Source: an uncultured Oscillospiraceae bacterium
GTDB lineage: Bacteria; Bacillota; Clostridia; Oscillospirales; Acutalibacteraceae
DNA length: 64,000 nt
Reading direction: 5' to 3'
Assembly: GCA_900540295.1 (NCBI GenBank)
Contig: UQFM01000002.1
Coordinates: 5,491-69,490, forward strand
Shown here: positions 27,833 through 38,323 of the stretch, piece after piece
How positions within the stretch are numbered: position 1 is the first letter of the stretch
Layout of the letters: the number at the start of each line of letters is the position of its first letter
The notes under the pieces: generated by a model
What the model was told of the DNA's origin: nothing
Seen by the model: only the letters and a program-made list of their open reading frames with translations
Databases searched by the model: none
Made by a program: the position numbers and the translations under genes

Positions 27833-28197
27833 GGCAATGCACACCCCGTAGGGGGCGACGACTCGGCGCCCCGCAAAAATCTGCACAAACCGTAGGGGCG
27901 AATGCCTCCCTTGTGAAAGGGAGGTGGCACGGCGAAGCCGTGACGGAGGGATTCCCACCCGCGAAATCCGTGCAAACCAACGGCGGGGCACACACCCGTA
28001 GGGGCGTGCATTGCGCGCCCGCACATTTCGCGCAAATTGACGGTTGTGTACAAACCCCGTAGGGGCGAACTGTGTTCGCCCGATGAAATTTGCTGAAACT
28101 TTGCGGGTCGTCGCGGACGCCGACCCCTACAATTGTGCATCCAATTTTAATTGTTCTGTGTAAGAGTCTTCGCCTAAGGGGCTCAGAATGACAAATT
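27833..28197. repeat. REP-like repeat cluster R5 (module A reverse at 28164-28196)
   Basis: Four or more CGTAGGGGCG-hairpin units (GGGCGAACtgtgTTCGCCC, GGGCGTGCATTGCGCGCCC, GGGTCGTCgcggaCGCCGACCCCTAC) followed by GAGTCTTCGCCTAAGGGGCTCAGAATGACAAAT. Confidence 0.8.
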
Positions 28198-28290
28198 TGT
28201 GCGAACCTATTGCGGGCAAAGTTCGGCTCCGAACATAAAAAGTTTTTGTTTTATCGATAGAGGTACGACACAAAAAGGAGAGAGATACAT

Positions 28291-29745
28291 ATGGCGAATC
28301 TTCAGAAACCGCGTGAACGGCGTTATGTCGGTGTGCGCGAAACCGTGCTGTACGGCGTGGCAAACGGCGGGCAGGTCATCGGTTACAACATGGTGCGTAT
28401 GCAGTTAACCTTCTATTTGGTTACGGTATTCGGCATTCCCGCACCGGCAGTTGCCACCATGATTTTCTTTATGGGGCTTTGGGATGCCTTCAACGACCCG
28501 ATTATGGGCATGATTGTAGACCGTACCCGCACGCGGCACGGCAAGCTGCGTCCGTTTTTGCTGTTTGTGCCGATTCCGTTGGGGATTGCCACCGTGGTCT
28601 TTTTCGGCGGCGCACAGTTCCTTTCCCATGTGCAGTCGGACGCGCTGAAAATCGTTTATATGTGCATCACCTATTTCCTATGGGAATTCCTTTATACCAT
28701 CGGTGACATCCCGTTTTGGGGGCTTTCGGCGGCGATTTCACCGAATCCCGAGGACCGTTCCCGTGTCATTACCTCGGCGCGCTTCATTTCGAGCATCATC
28801 GGCGGACTGCCCTCAATTCTGATTTCCGTCTGCATCGATTTGTACCGTAATGGTGTGATTCCGTGGGATTTGCGTCAGGTATTCCTGTTTCTCGGCGTTA
28901 TTGCGGGTACAGTCGGCATGGGGCTGTTCTCTTTGGCGGGTATTTTCTCCCGCGAGCGTATTGTACAGACCAGCGACGAACCGAAAATCAGCGACTGCTT
29001 CCGTTATCTGTTTAAAAACAAGCCGTTACTCTTACTGGTGCTTTCCTCTGTACTCGGTACGGTCGGCGGGATTGCCGATACCTTTACGCAGTATTTCTAT
29101 GCGCTGTCTCTGGGGCTTGCAAGTCTTTCCATCGTGGTCGGTATTCCCGGGACGATTGCGGGCTTCTTCGCCTATCTTTTGTTGCCGAAGCTCGAGCGGC
29201 GCTGGAGCTCCAAGCAGATTGTCATTCGCATGGCGATTCTGCGCGCGGTTGTGACCGTCGGCATTTTCCTGTTGGGCTGCCGTTCTTATACCGATGCACG
29301 CGTCATTGCGCCGCTCATGGCACTTCAGGGCGTGTTTACGAGCCTGATTTCGAGTGTCAACATGGTTATCCCGACCAAAATGGTGGGCGACACCGTGGAT
29401 TACATGGAGTGGAAAACGGGTGAGCGCGGCGAGGGCATGACCTTCTCGCTTCTGACCTTTATCAGCAAGCTGACAGGCTCTTTGAGCACGGCGGTTGCCA
29501 CGGCGATTATTCCGCTTATCGGGCTTCAGCAGGTCGGCGCGGAAATGACGCTTGCCGAGGGGGGAGCTGTCAACACACGTCTTTGGCTATGGGGTCTTGT
29601 TACGATGATTCCTTCTGTTTTAAATCTGCTTTCTTTGATTCCGTATATCTTCTATGATTTGGATCGCAAAAAGCTTGACCAAATTCATGCGGAAATCCGC
29701 GAACGCCGCGAGCAGGCGGCGCAAAGCGCAGGGGAGGAAGCGTAA
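28291..29745 (+). CDS. GPH family (glycoside-pentoside-hexuronide:cation) MFS symporter
   Basis: GLWDAFNDPIMGMIVDRTRTRHGKLRPF signature. 12 TM helices. Confidence 0.85.
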   Translation: MANLQKPRERRYVGVRETVLYGVANGGQVIGYNMVRMQLTFYLVTVFGIPAPAVATMIFFMGLWDAFNDPIMGMIVDRTRTRHGKLRPFLLFVPIPLGIATVVFFGGAQFLSHVQSDALKIVYMCITYFLWEFLYTIGDIPFWGLSAAISPNPEDRSRVITSARFISSIIGGLPSILISVCIDLYRNGVIPWDLRQVFLFLGVIAGTVGMGLFSLAGIFSRERIVQTSDEPKISDCFRYLFKNKPLLLLVLSSVLGTVGGIADTFTQYFYALSLGLASLSIVVGIPGTIAGFFAYLLLPKLERRWSSKQIVIRMAILRAVVTVGIFLLGCRSYTDARVIAPLMALQGVFTSLISSVNMVIPTKMVGDTVDYMEWKTGERGEGMTFSLLTFISKLTGSLSTAVATAIIPLIGLQQVGAEMTLAEGGAVNTRLWLWGLVTMIPSVLNLLSLIPYIFYDLDRKKLDQIHAEIRERREQAAQSAGEEA

Positions 29746-30995
29746 TGGCGAAAAAATCATTCAAAATCTTCGGCTGTCTTGCCATTATTTGCATTTTGCT
29801 GTTTGATACACTGTGCGTAGGCTTTGCGGCGGAGAAAACGGAGGAAACACAGTTGCAGTTCCGTGACGGAAAGTTTAAAATTTTAGTTTTATCCGATTTG
29901 CAGGATACACATACGCCGCAGAAAGAAACAACTGCGCTTATGCACGCGGCGATTGACCGCGCGAATCCAGATTTGATTATATTGCTCGGCGACAACACCG
30001 CAGGCTGGTGGAAGGGTGTGGACAAAGCGCAGACGGAAGCGGCAGTGGATGCGGTTGCGAAGCCGATTGACGAGCGCGGGATTCCGTTTGCGCTGGTATT
30101 CGGCAATCACGACCACGAGGGGCTTTGCGATGAAAATAACGGCATGACCGAGGAAGAGGCAAAGGAATGGATTCTTGCCTGTTTCCAAAAATATAAAACC
30201 TGCCTCGCCGTCGAGGGCGAGGAGCTGACGGGCGTCGGCACTTATAATTTGCCGATTCTCGGCTCAGACGGCACAAAAAATGTGTTTAATCTTTGGCTCA
30301 TGGATTCCAACCCCTATACGCCTGATGAAGAGGGCGGCGGTTACGGCTATGTGCATGAGGATCAAACCGCGTGGTATCAAAGGACGTCCGATGCGCTGAA
30401 AGCCGAAAACGGCGGCGAGCCGCTTCCGTCTCTGGTATTTCAGCATATCATCGTACCCGAAGCTTATGAGATGTTCAACACCGTGAAATTCGGCACGAAG
30501 GGCGCGGTACGCGGACACGGCAGTTACAGTGACCGTTGGTTTACGGCGAATCCCGAATATATTTATGAGGGCGAATTAAACGAAGGACCCTGCCCGCCTG
30601 ATGTGAACCACGGGCAGTTCGACAGTTGGTTGCAGCAGGGCGACGTTATCGGCGCGTTTTTCGGGCATGACCACGTGAACGATTTTGCAGGTGTTTACAA
30701 GGGCATCCACCTTGTCGCCTGCCCAGCGGTGACGTTTTACAGTTACGGCAATCACCGCGGCGTGCGCACGATTACGCTGAATGAATCCGACCTCACAAAA
30801 TTCGACTCTGAAATTTTAAGCTTTGACGAGTTGACGGGCTTAAAGGTATACAATCTCTATAAGAAGAACCACGGCTATATTGAATACAAAAACAATTTTC
30901 TGCCGGCATTTTTCGGCGGAATTGCGGCGGCAGCTGTACTGACTGTCGGCGGGGTATTCCTCGGCAAGCATCTGAAAAAACGTAAAAACAAATAA
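29745..30995 (+). CDS. secreted/membrane-anchored calcineurin-like metallophosphoesterase
   Basis: Signal peptide. GDNTAGWW and GNHDHE motifs. C-terminal TM plus KKRKNK. Confidence 0.75.
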   Translation: MAKKSFKIFGCLAIICILLFDTLCVGFAAEKTEETQLQFRDGKFKILVLSDLQDTHTPQKETTALMHAAIDRANPDLIILLGDNTAGWWKGVDKAQTEAAVDAVAKPIDERGIPFALVFGNHDHEGLCDENNGMTEEEAKEWILACFQKYKTCLAVEGEELTGVGTYNLPILGSDGTKNVFNLWLMDSNPYTPDEEGGGYGYVHEDQTAWYQRTSDALKAENGGEPLPSLVFQHIIVPEAYEMFNTVKFGTKGAVRGHGSYSDRWFTANPEYIYEGELNEGPCPPDVNHGQFDSWLQQGDVIGAFFGHDHVNDFAGVYKGIHLVACPAVTFYSYGNHRGVRTITLNESDLTKFDSEILSFDELTGLKVYNLYKKNHGYIEYKNNFLPAFFGGIAAAAVLTVGGVFLGKHLKKRKNK

Positions 30996-31016
30996 ATCCA
31001 AAGGATAAATATATTT

Positions 31017-34000
31017 ATGGAAAAGCAGAAAAAACCGACAATTTATACGGTTGCAACCGCGCATTTGGATACCGTGTGGAACTGGGATTTTGAACGCACC
31101 GTGCGCGAATACATTCCCGCAACCTTAGACGACAACTTTAAGCTGTTTGAAAAATATCCCGACTATGTATTCAGTTTTGAGGGCGCGCGCCGTTATGAGC
31201 TGATGGAGGAGTATTACCCCGAAAAGTTTGAACAGCTCAAAAAATATGTAGCGGACGGACGTTGGTTTGTCACGGGCAGTGCCTATGAAAACGGCGACGT
31301 TAACGTACCCTCGCCCGAAGCGCTGTTTCGCAATATTTTATACGGCAACCGCTATTTTGCGGAGAAATTCGGCAAAACGAGTGTAGATATTTATCTGCCC
31401 GACTGTTTCGGCTTCGGCTATGCTTTGCCGAGCATCATCAAGCATGCGGGGCTGTTGGGCTTCACGACGCAGAAGCTGACTTGGAGCTCCGCTTACGGTA
31501 TTCCGTTTGATTTGGGACTGTGGCAGGGTGTAGACGGCAGTCGTGTATATGCGTCTTTAGACGCGCAGGATTACAGTGCGACGCTCTCGTCGGTGCGCGA
31601 ACACAAGAATGCGCCTGATAAGCTTAAAAACAATATAGAAAAATATGATTTGCCGATGACCTATCTTCTGCACGGCACGGGTGACCGCGGCGGCGCGCCG
31701 AAAGAGAAATCCGTGCGCACCGTGGTACGCGAGAAGCAGAAAAACGGCGCGGACGGTACAGACGTCGAAATCGTCAGTGCAGACAAGGTGTTCCGCATTA
31801 TGGATACGGAGTTAACCGCCGACCAGAAAGTAAAACTGCCTGTGTGGAACAATGAATTGGTTTCTACCGACCACGGCGTCGGCGGCTACACCTCGCGTGC
31901 AACGGGCAAGCGCTGGAACAAGCTGAACGAACAGCTTGCCGATGCGGCAGAGCGTTTTTCGTCTGTGGCGGCATATCTCGGCGCGGGCGCCTATCCCAAA
32001 GCGGAGCTGGACACCGCTTGGAAGCGTGTGATTGCGCACCAATTCCATGACGACTTACCGGGTACTTCGGTAGAACGCGCCTACAAGCGAAGCTGGAACG
32101 ATTATGCGCTGAGTCTGAATCAGTTTTCTCAGATTTATGAAACGGCGGCGGCACAGGTTGTTCGCCAAATGACCGTGCCTTTCAAACGCGGTACGGCGGT
32201 AGCGGTTTCCAATCCCACGCAGTTTGAAAGAACGGAAGCGGTTAAATGTATACTGCCTGAATTTCAAAATGTACGGTATATACGCGTGAAAAATGCGGCG
32301 GGTACGGCTGTTCCGTCACAAATTTCCGACGGCGTGGCTTGGTTCACTGCAACAGTGCCCGCAAACGGCATGGCGGTGTACTGCATTACGGCGGCAACAG
32401 AACCGTATGCAGACCAAAATGTGCTTTCCTGCACCGAACGCAGTCTGGAGAATCAAAAATACAAGGTGCTGTTGGACGACAACGGCGACATTTGCTCCGT
32501 TTTTGACAAGGAGTTGAAAAAAGAACTGCTATCCGCGCCCGTGCGTATGGCACTGCATAAATACAACGGTTCACACGACTGGCCCGCATGGGAGCTTACC
32601 TATAAAGAGGTTATGGCGAAACCGAAAGCCTATGCCGCCGATCCGACCTTCCGTGTTTCGGAGGACGGCGCGGCACGCGTATGCATAGAGACGCGCCGAA
32701 AGGCGGGGGATTCCGTATTTGTACAGCGTATTTCGCTCGGATACGGCGAAAAGACCGTGCGTGTGGAAAACAAAATAGATTGGTGCAGTCCCCGCACACT
32801 GTTGAAAACGCCGTTTTCTTTTACCGTGCAAAATGAAAACGCGGCATATGATTTGGGTCTCGGCTTTATTCGCCGCGGCTTAAACACCGAAAAGCTTTAC
32901 GAAGTTCCCGCGCAGAATTGGGCAGACATCAGCGGGGCGGAATTCGGTGTGTCTGTCTTGAGCGACTGCAAATACGGCTGGGACCATCCGACTGCAGATA
33001 CGCTTCGGCTGACGGGAATCCACACCCCGCGCGCCGATTACCGGGGGGACAGTCAGCAAAGCTGTATGGAATTGGGACGCAACCGTTACGCATTCGGCAT
33101 TTTCAGCCATGCGGGTGAAAATTTAACCGAAACACAGGCGGCGGGCATTTGCTTCAACCAGCCCATGCGCGTGTTCAAAGCCGAATGCGGCAACGAGGGC
33201 ATTTTGCCGAGCGAATATTCTTTTGCAGGCGTGTCCGACCCTGCTGTTTTGCTGCGTGCCGTCAAACAGGCCGAGGATGGAAAGCATTGGATTCTCCGTG
33301 TGAACGAAGGCGTGGGCGAAGCGCATGAAAAGGTAAAAATTACTGCGGGCGAGGGAATAAAGTCCGCTTGGATTTGCAATGCGTCGGAGGAAATCCTGGA
33401 AGAGGCGCGCGTGGAAAACGGCGAGTTGATTTTCGATATTGCGCCGTTTGCGCCGATGACCTTCCGTTTGGAACTGCAAGCGCCGAATGTATGCGCGCAG
33501 GCAAACACGGGTACGCCCGTGCGTCTGCCGTATAACTGCGCCGCAACTTCATCGAATACCAGCCGTAAGAACGGTATTCTGAAAGGGTACACCCTGCCGT
33601 CTGAGCAGTTCCCGCAGGAAATCCGCTGTAAGGATGCGGTATTCTCGCTTTCCGACGCCGAGCAAAACGCGCTCGTCTGCGGCGGGCAGACCGTACAACT
33701 GCCGAAAGGCACGAAGAAAGCCGCGTTACTGCTGACTTCCTTAAAAGGCGATAAGGATATACCGTTTCGGAGCGGTACGCAGATACAGCTCGTATCCGTA
33801 CCGGATTTTCACGAGCGTCTGGGCGCAGGCGACTTATATGCGGCGGGTGAATCGGGCTATCTGAAACGCTGTACGCTTGCAAAGGAATTTACGCATTTGC
33901 ACAGTGCGGCAGGCGATGAAATTGCCGTGCAGACATACTTGTTCTATGCGGAAGTGGATATCACGGACGATACGCTCGTACTGCCTGTGGAGGATGCAAT

Positions 34001-34193
34001 TGTTGTGTTTGCGGTAACCGCGTTTGCAGAACCTGCGTGCGGCGGCGCGTTATTCCCCTTGAACGATAGATTGGAAAAAATTCCGATGACCTACCGCCGT
34101 CCGAAGCGGGAAAACCGTTTGAGCCGAATGGATAACCTCATCACCGCCCTCGGCAAAACCAAGGTGTTCGGGAAAAAGATAGAGGAACTGTAA
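31017..34193 (+). CDS. GH38 alpha-mannosidase
   Basis: 1058 aa. N-terminal HLDTVWNWDF...GGRWF..LPDCFGF is typical of GH38. Confidence 0.85.
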   Translation: MEKQKKPTIYTVATAHLDTVWNWDFERTVREYIPATLDDNFKLFEKYPDYVFSFEGARRYELMEEYYPEKFEQLKKYVADGRWFVTGSAYENGDVNVPSPEALFRNILYGNRYFAEKFGKTSVDIYLPDCFGFGYALPSIIKHAGLLGFTTQKLTWSSAYGIPFDLGLWQGVDGSRVYASLDAQDYSATLSSVREHKNAPDKLKNNIEKYDLPMTYLLHGTGDRGGAPKEKSVRTVVREKQKNGADGTDVEIVSADKVFRIMDTELTADQKVKLPVWNNELVSTDHGVGGYTSRATGKRWNKLNEQLADAAERFSSVAAYLGAGAYPKAELDTAWKRVIAHQFHDDLPGTSVERAYKRSWNDYALSLNQFSQIYETAAAQVVRQMTVPFKRGTAVAVSNPTQFERTEAVKCILPEFQNVRYIRVKNAAGTAVPSQISDGVAWFTATVPANGMAVYCITAATEPYADQNVLSCTERSLENQKYKVLLDDNGDICSVFDKELKKELLSAPVRMALHKYNGSHDWPAWELTYKEVMAKPKAYAADPTFRVSEDGAARVCIETRRKAGDSVFVQRISLGYGEKTVRVENKIDWCSPRTLLKTPFSFTVQNENAAYDLGLGFIRRGLNTEKLYEVPAQNWADISGAEFGVSVLSDCKYGWDHPTADTLRLTGIHTPRADYRGDSQQSCMELGRNRYAFGIFSHAGENLTETQAAGICFNQPMRVFKAECGNEGILPSEYSFAGVSDPAVLLRAVKQAEDGKHWILRVNEGVGEAHEKVKITAGEGIKSAWICNASEEILEEARVENGELIFDIAPFAPMTFRLELQAPNVCAQANTGTPVRLPYNCAATSSNTSRKNGILKGYTLPSEQFPQEIRCKDAVFSLSDAEQNALVCGGQTVQLPKGTKKAALLLTSLKGDKDIPFRSGTQIQLVSVPDFHERLGAGDLYAAGESGYLKRCTLAKEFTHLHSAAGDEIAVQTYLFYAEVDITDDTLVLPVEDAIVVFAVTAFAEPACGGALFPLNDRLEKIPMTYRRPKRENRLSRMDNLITALGKTKVFGKKIEEL

Positions 34194-34377
34194 AGCGATT
34201 TTGTGATTGTTCACAGCGTTTATTGTCTGATTTTTGTCGAATCTGTGCATAGCTTTTTTACTTGCGGTATGGTATGCTGTGCACAGAGGGAAAAAGAATC
34301 TTTGTGTCGGGACAAACTGTTTGCGGTATTACGGTTTAGACTTCGCGAGGTCGAGAGGGTTATATAGGTTTAAATTA

Positions 34378-34426
34378 GAAAAGGTGATACCTGCAAATGC
34401 CGTAGGTGTCACCTTTTTGTTTTGTC
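34378..34426 (+). terminator. rho-independent terminator/attenuator in the leader of the ABC-2 operon
   Basis: AGGTGATACCT-loop-AGGTGTCACCT followed by TTTTGTTTTG. A 4-codon mini-ORF (MVRV) with a strong RBS follows. Confidence 0.5.
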
Positions 34427-34541
34427 TGTGCTTTTTTAGAGAGGAGGAGCGTCCGATGGTTCGCGTATGAAAGGATTTTGTTACAGAAATTCAACAGAAA
34501 GTACAGCAAAGCCAAATGAAAAATCGAAAGGATTGAATTTT

Positions 34542-34943
34542 ATGAAAGCAAAAAAACTGATTTCCGGCTGTATTGCCGCATTGTTGGCAATTTTGACCTT
34601 AAGCTTTTCTGTGGCGGCAGAGTCACAGGATATTTCCGTTTCCGTTACATTGCGTGCAAATTCTGCGAATACGCTGATTGCATCTGCGACAAAAACCACA
34701 CCGGATACACATTACGATGAGTTCAAGTGGACGGACGGAACAACAAACACATTAAGGGTTTGGGTTCGCAATGCCAGAGGTTATATTGTCGGACCAAAAA
34801 CGCAAATATACAAGAACGCAGGGTTTACAAAAATATGGTATAGACAGGACGAGACCTTTACAACCGGCTCGGTAGCATATATGTATGCAGAGCAGCCGAA
34901 TGTGGCCTCGAAAACATTGTACGGTACAGCGAGATTCCAGTAA
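34542..34943 (+). CDS. small secreted protein (signal peptide plus ~107-aa mature domain)
   Basis: MKAKKLISGCIAALLAILTLSFSVAAESQ signal peptide. It is the first gene of the ABC-2 exporter operon. Confidence 0.6.
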   Translation: MKAKKLISGCIAALLAILTLSFSVAAESQDISVSVTLRANSANTLIASATKTTPDTHYDEFKWTDGTTNTLRVWVRNARGYIVGPKTQIYKNAGFTKIWYRQDETFTTGSVAYMYAEQPNVASKTLYGTARFQ

Positions 34944-35021
34944 TTCCGATTAGATAATTTCCGGTCGGGGGCAGTGCCGTCTGCACGGGGTTACCGCTCC
35001 CGACTGTTTGTAGGTGATACT

Positions 35022-35891
35022 ATGAAATTCCAAATGAAGCTGCTGTGGAAAACCCCTTCCTTTTGGCTGATGCTGGGCTTTATGTGTCTGTTTTGTGTGG
35101 GAACCTTTTGTGCAAGCTGTCTGCCGTATTACGGCATAGAGTTTATGGCGGTTCCCGCCGCTGACCAGCTTTATATCGGCAGGGGTACGGTGAGCCAAGT
35201 CTATCTTCTTGGTGTTTTGCTGCCGCTGATTGCAGCACTGCCGTTTGCGGACTCCTACTTTTGCGAGAAGCAAAAAAACACATTGCCGATTTTGCTGACC
35301 AAATATAAAACTGCGTCACAGTATTTCTTTTCCAAGGGTGCGGCAGTGTTTCTTTCTGCGGTATTGCTGGTGCTGGTGCCGTTTTTACTGAATATGCTTT
35401 TAAATCTGCTTGCCTTCCCGATAAGTGCAATTGCAGATTATACCAATCTGAGTACAGATCAAAGTATGTATTATGTGGAACCGTATATTACGGTCAATGT
35501 TCTGTTTCCGCGTTTGCTGGTATTACATCCGTATCTTTACAATTTCCTGTTTTGTATTGCAATCTCTCTTTTTTCGGGATTGTTGGGCGTAACGGCATAT
35601 GTGCTTTCTTATTTTGTGGCGCGAAACCGCATTTGGGCGATTGTTTCTGTGTTTATTCTCAACAATCTGCTTGCCATTGTCTCGGGAATGTGCGAACCGA
35701 AAGCGAATTTCGCATTTTTACAATATCTGTTTGTCATAGACAGCCACGAGGGCAAAAAGCCTTGGATGTTTTTTGCGGCACTTGCCGTGCTTCTCCTTGC
35801 TGTTGCCTTGCTTTCCCGTAGGGCGATTGCCAAATTGGATAACGTTTTGTGTGATGCAGGAGCGTCAAAAAAGCTATGGAAAAGAAATTGA
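35022..35891 (+). CDS. ABC-2 family transporter permease
   Basis: Six predicted TM helices. RBS AGGTGA. Confidence 0.65.
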   Translation: MKFQMKLLWKTPSFWLMLGFMCLFCVGTFCASCLPYYGIEFMAVPAADQLYIGRGTVSQVYLLGVLLPLIAALPFADSYFCEKQKNTLPILLTKYKTASQYFFSKGAAVFLSAVLLVLVPFLLNMLLNLLAFPISAIADYTNLSTDQSMYYVEPYITVNVLFPRLLVLHPYLYNFLFCIAISLFSGLLGVTAYVLSYFVARNRIWAIVSVFILNNLLAIVSGMCEPKANFAFLQYLFVIDSHEGKKPWMFFAALAVLLLAVALLSRRAIAKLDNVLCDAGASKKLWKRN

Positions 35892-36658
35892 AGAATCGGA
35901 ATACCGCCGGCGTTTTTGCCGTGGCCGTGATTTATGCCGTTTTTAAAATCGGCTTGATGCACGGGGCGCCCTTTCATGGCTTTTCGGACGTTTTTATGAA
36001 TATGATTTATTCTCCCGCCTCGGTAGAGGGCGCGTTGTTGTCCTTTGTCATTGCGCTGATTTTGCCTATGGCACTGCAAATCCTGACGGCGTCCTGTGTA
36101 ACGGAGGATTTGTCGGGGGCAGTTGTGTATATTCTGCCGCGTGCAGGTACGCTGCGGCGTTGGTTTTTCGGGAAGGTGCGGCAACTGCTTTCGGCATGTA
36201 CGGCGGCGGTGAGCACTGTGACGCTTTGCATCGGCGGTTACAGCGCATATCGGTACGGAATGCCGTCAAAAAATGATTGGCGCATTTTGCTGACAGTTTT
36301 CGGAACGACTCTGCTGTTTTGTTTTTGCGCGGTTCTGTTCGTCAATGTTTTATCCGTTGCTGTAGCAGAAAAATGGGCGTGCTTTGCCGGACTTGCGGGA
36401 ATGCTTTTGTGCGCCGCTGTAATTTATCCGACGCGCCGCTGCCTGCCCTTGCTGCTTGCCAATCCGATTTACAACTACTTTGTCTTGTGGCGGAAAAACG
36501 CATGGTTTTTCCAAATAGGCTACGATGCGGAATTTACGCAGGGTGACTTCTTACCCGTAGAAACGGCGGTGCTCCTTTTTGCGGTGTGTGCGGCGGCAGA
36601 AATCCTTATCGGTTTGGCAATACTTCGGAAAAAGGACTTTTTATCTTGTGGGAGATGA
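35876..36658 (+). CDS. ABC-2 family transporter permease (second)
   Basis: Polytopic membrane protein overlapping the previous gene. Confidence 0.6.
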   Translation: MEKKLKNRNTAGVFAVAVIYAVFKIGLMHGAPFHGFSDVFMNMIYSPASVEGALLSFVIALILPMALQILTASCVTEDLSGAVVYILPRAGTLRRWFFGKVRQLLSACTAAVSTVTLCIGGYSAYRYGMPSKNDWRILLTVFGTTLLFCFCAVLFVNVLSVAVAEKWACFAGLAGMLLCAAVIYPTRRCLPLLLANPIYNYFVLWRKNAWFFQIGYDAEFTQGDFLPVETAVLLFAVCAAAEILIGLAILRKKDFLSCGR

Positions 36659-36662
36659 GCAA

Positions 36663-37310
36663 ATGGACAAGCCCTATATCAAAATTGAAAACTTAACTAA
36701 GGAAATCGAATCGGAAAAGGTTTTAAATCACATATCTCTGGAAATCCCGAAACAGAGTATCATCGGCTTTGTGGGCAGAAACGGCAGCGGAAAAACCATG
36801 TTGTTTCGCGCCGTAGCGGGCTTAATTACGCCGACCGAGGGAACAATTACCATCGACGGTCAAGTGTTGGGAAAGGATATTTCTTTCCCACCGAGTTTAG
36901 GGCTGCTGATTGAAAATATCGGACTGTGGAGCTATATGAGCGGCTTTGAATGCTTGCAGACGCTTGCCGAAATCAAAAAGCAAATTGGAAAATCGGAAAT
37001 TTTGCAGACGCTTGAGCGTGTGGGACTCGACCCGAACAGCAAGAAGCGCGTGGGGAAATACTCTCTTGGTATGCGGCAGCGGCTTGTGATTGCACAGGCA
37101 ATTATGGAAAAACCCGATTTGCTGATTTTGGACGAACCGACAAACAGCTTAGATGAGGACGGCGTAGAGCTGCTAAATAAAATTCTTTTGGAGGAACGTG
37201 CGCGCGGTGCGACCGTTCTGCTGGCGAGTCACGACAAAGCGGAAATCGAAGCCATATGCGACACAACCTATAAATTGGTATCCGGAAAGGTGTGTGAGAA
37301 AAATGCGTAA
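36663..37310 (+). CDS. ABC transporter ATP-binding protein
   Basis: Walker A GRNGSGKT, signature YSLGMRQR, Walker B LLILDEP. Confidence 0.9.
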   Translation: MDKPYIKIENLTKEIESEKVLNHISLEIPKQSIIGFVGRNGSGKTMLFRAVAGLITPTEGTITIDGQVLGKDISFPPSLGLLIENIGLWSYMSGFECLQTLAEIKKQIGKSEILQTLERVGLDPNSKKRVGKYSLGMRQRLVIAQAIMEKPDLLILDEPTNSLDEDGVELLNKILLEERARGATVLLASHDKAEIEAICDTTYKLVSGKVCEKNA

Positions 37311-38010
37311 GCTGCAAATGGCAGTAGCCGCAGTTGTGTCTGTCTCTATTCTGGTCGGTATCGGCGTGGGAATTGCCGTAAGGCGAAGCTATGTGTACAC
37401 CTCGGCAACCGCAGAGGAGCGGCAGGCTTATGTACTCAGCCTGTCGCAGATGCCTTCTGCGGACACAATCGAGGATGACATCCAAACGTATTTGGCGGAC
37501 ACGGATTTGATTGCAAAGGTGCGCTTTACAGGCGAACGCGCAGACCGCTATAACGCCGAATTAAGCACTGTAGAGGTGCTGGAGGTCTATGTCGGCGATA
37601 AATCGTATGAAAATCGGACGATAGGTATGTATGAACAGTTTCGCTTTGCAGATAGAGCCGGCAGAATAGATTGTCTTTCCTGCTTTTTGCCGATGCAGGC
37701 GCAAAAGGAGTATTATGTTTTTCTGAAACGCAAAGTGTATACCGATGCATATCAGCAAAAGCTGCCTTATGAAGAATTTCGTCTGTATTGCGGGAGCTTT
37801 GGCGGATGCTTTGCGGCAGAAAATGAACCCTTGCCGTTTGTTGCGGTGGAAAATCCAACCTGGCAGAAGCTTGCCGAATACGATTTCATCTATCGGAACA
37901 CAGAAGAGTTCGACCGCTGTATGACGCAGAAAAATGCAATACTCGAGTATTTCGGCATACCGTATACATACCCGACTTATGCGGAATTGATTGCGCACAC
38001 AGGTGCATAA
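37303..38010 (+). CDS. membrane-anchored hypothetical protein (N-terminal TM, extracytoplasmic domain)
   Basis: MRKLQMAVAAVVSVSILVGIGVGIAV TM anchor. Overlaps the ATPase gene by 8 nt. Confidence 0.55.
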   Translation: MRKLQMAVAAVVSVSILVGIGVGIAVRRSYVYTSATAEERQAYVLSLSQMPSADTIEDDIQTYLADTDLIAKVRFTGERADRYNAELSTVEVLEVYVGDKSYENRTIGMYEQFRFADRAGRIDCLSCFLPMQAQKEYYVFLKRKVYTDAYQQKLPYEEFRLYCGSFGGCFAAENEPLPFVAVENPTWQKLAEYDFIYRNTEEFDRCMTQKNAILEYFGIPYTYPTYAELIAHTGA

Positions 38011-38323
38011 GCCCGTTTCATCCGTTTTTTCACCCCGTTCGGAATTTTTGCCGAATGGGGTGAAATTGTTGTATTGCCAAAATCGGAAGATTGCGGTATG
38101 ATATATTTGTATAAATATTTTCTGTCGGAGGTGACCCGATTGATGAAAACGCTGAAAACCGTATTCACTGTGCTTGCGGCGGCAGTTTCCTTTTTTACAA
38201 CCGTGCTTTGCATGCGCGATGTTTTGGCGGCACGCGACGATTTGCAGAAAGAAAGCCGCTGATATTTGGCGGCATAGCAGACGGAAGCGATGATAAGAGA
38301 AAGAAAAGCGAAAGGGGAAACCT

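Noticed and set aside
27833-28197. Possible CRISPR array, because of multiple similar GC-rich repeats in tandem
   Set aside because: Unit lengths and spacers are irregular. The repeats themselves differ in sequence with compensatory stems. There is no leader or cas genes. The same family is dispersed at nine loci.
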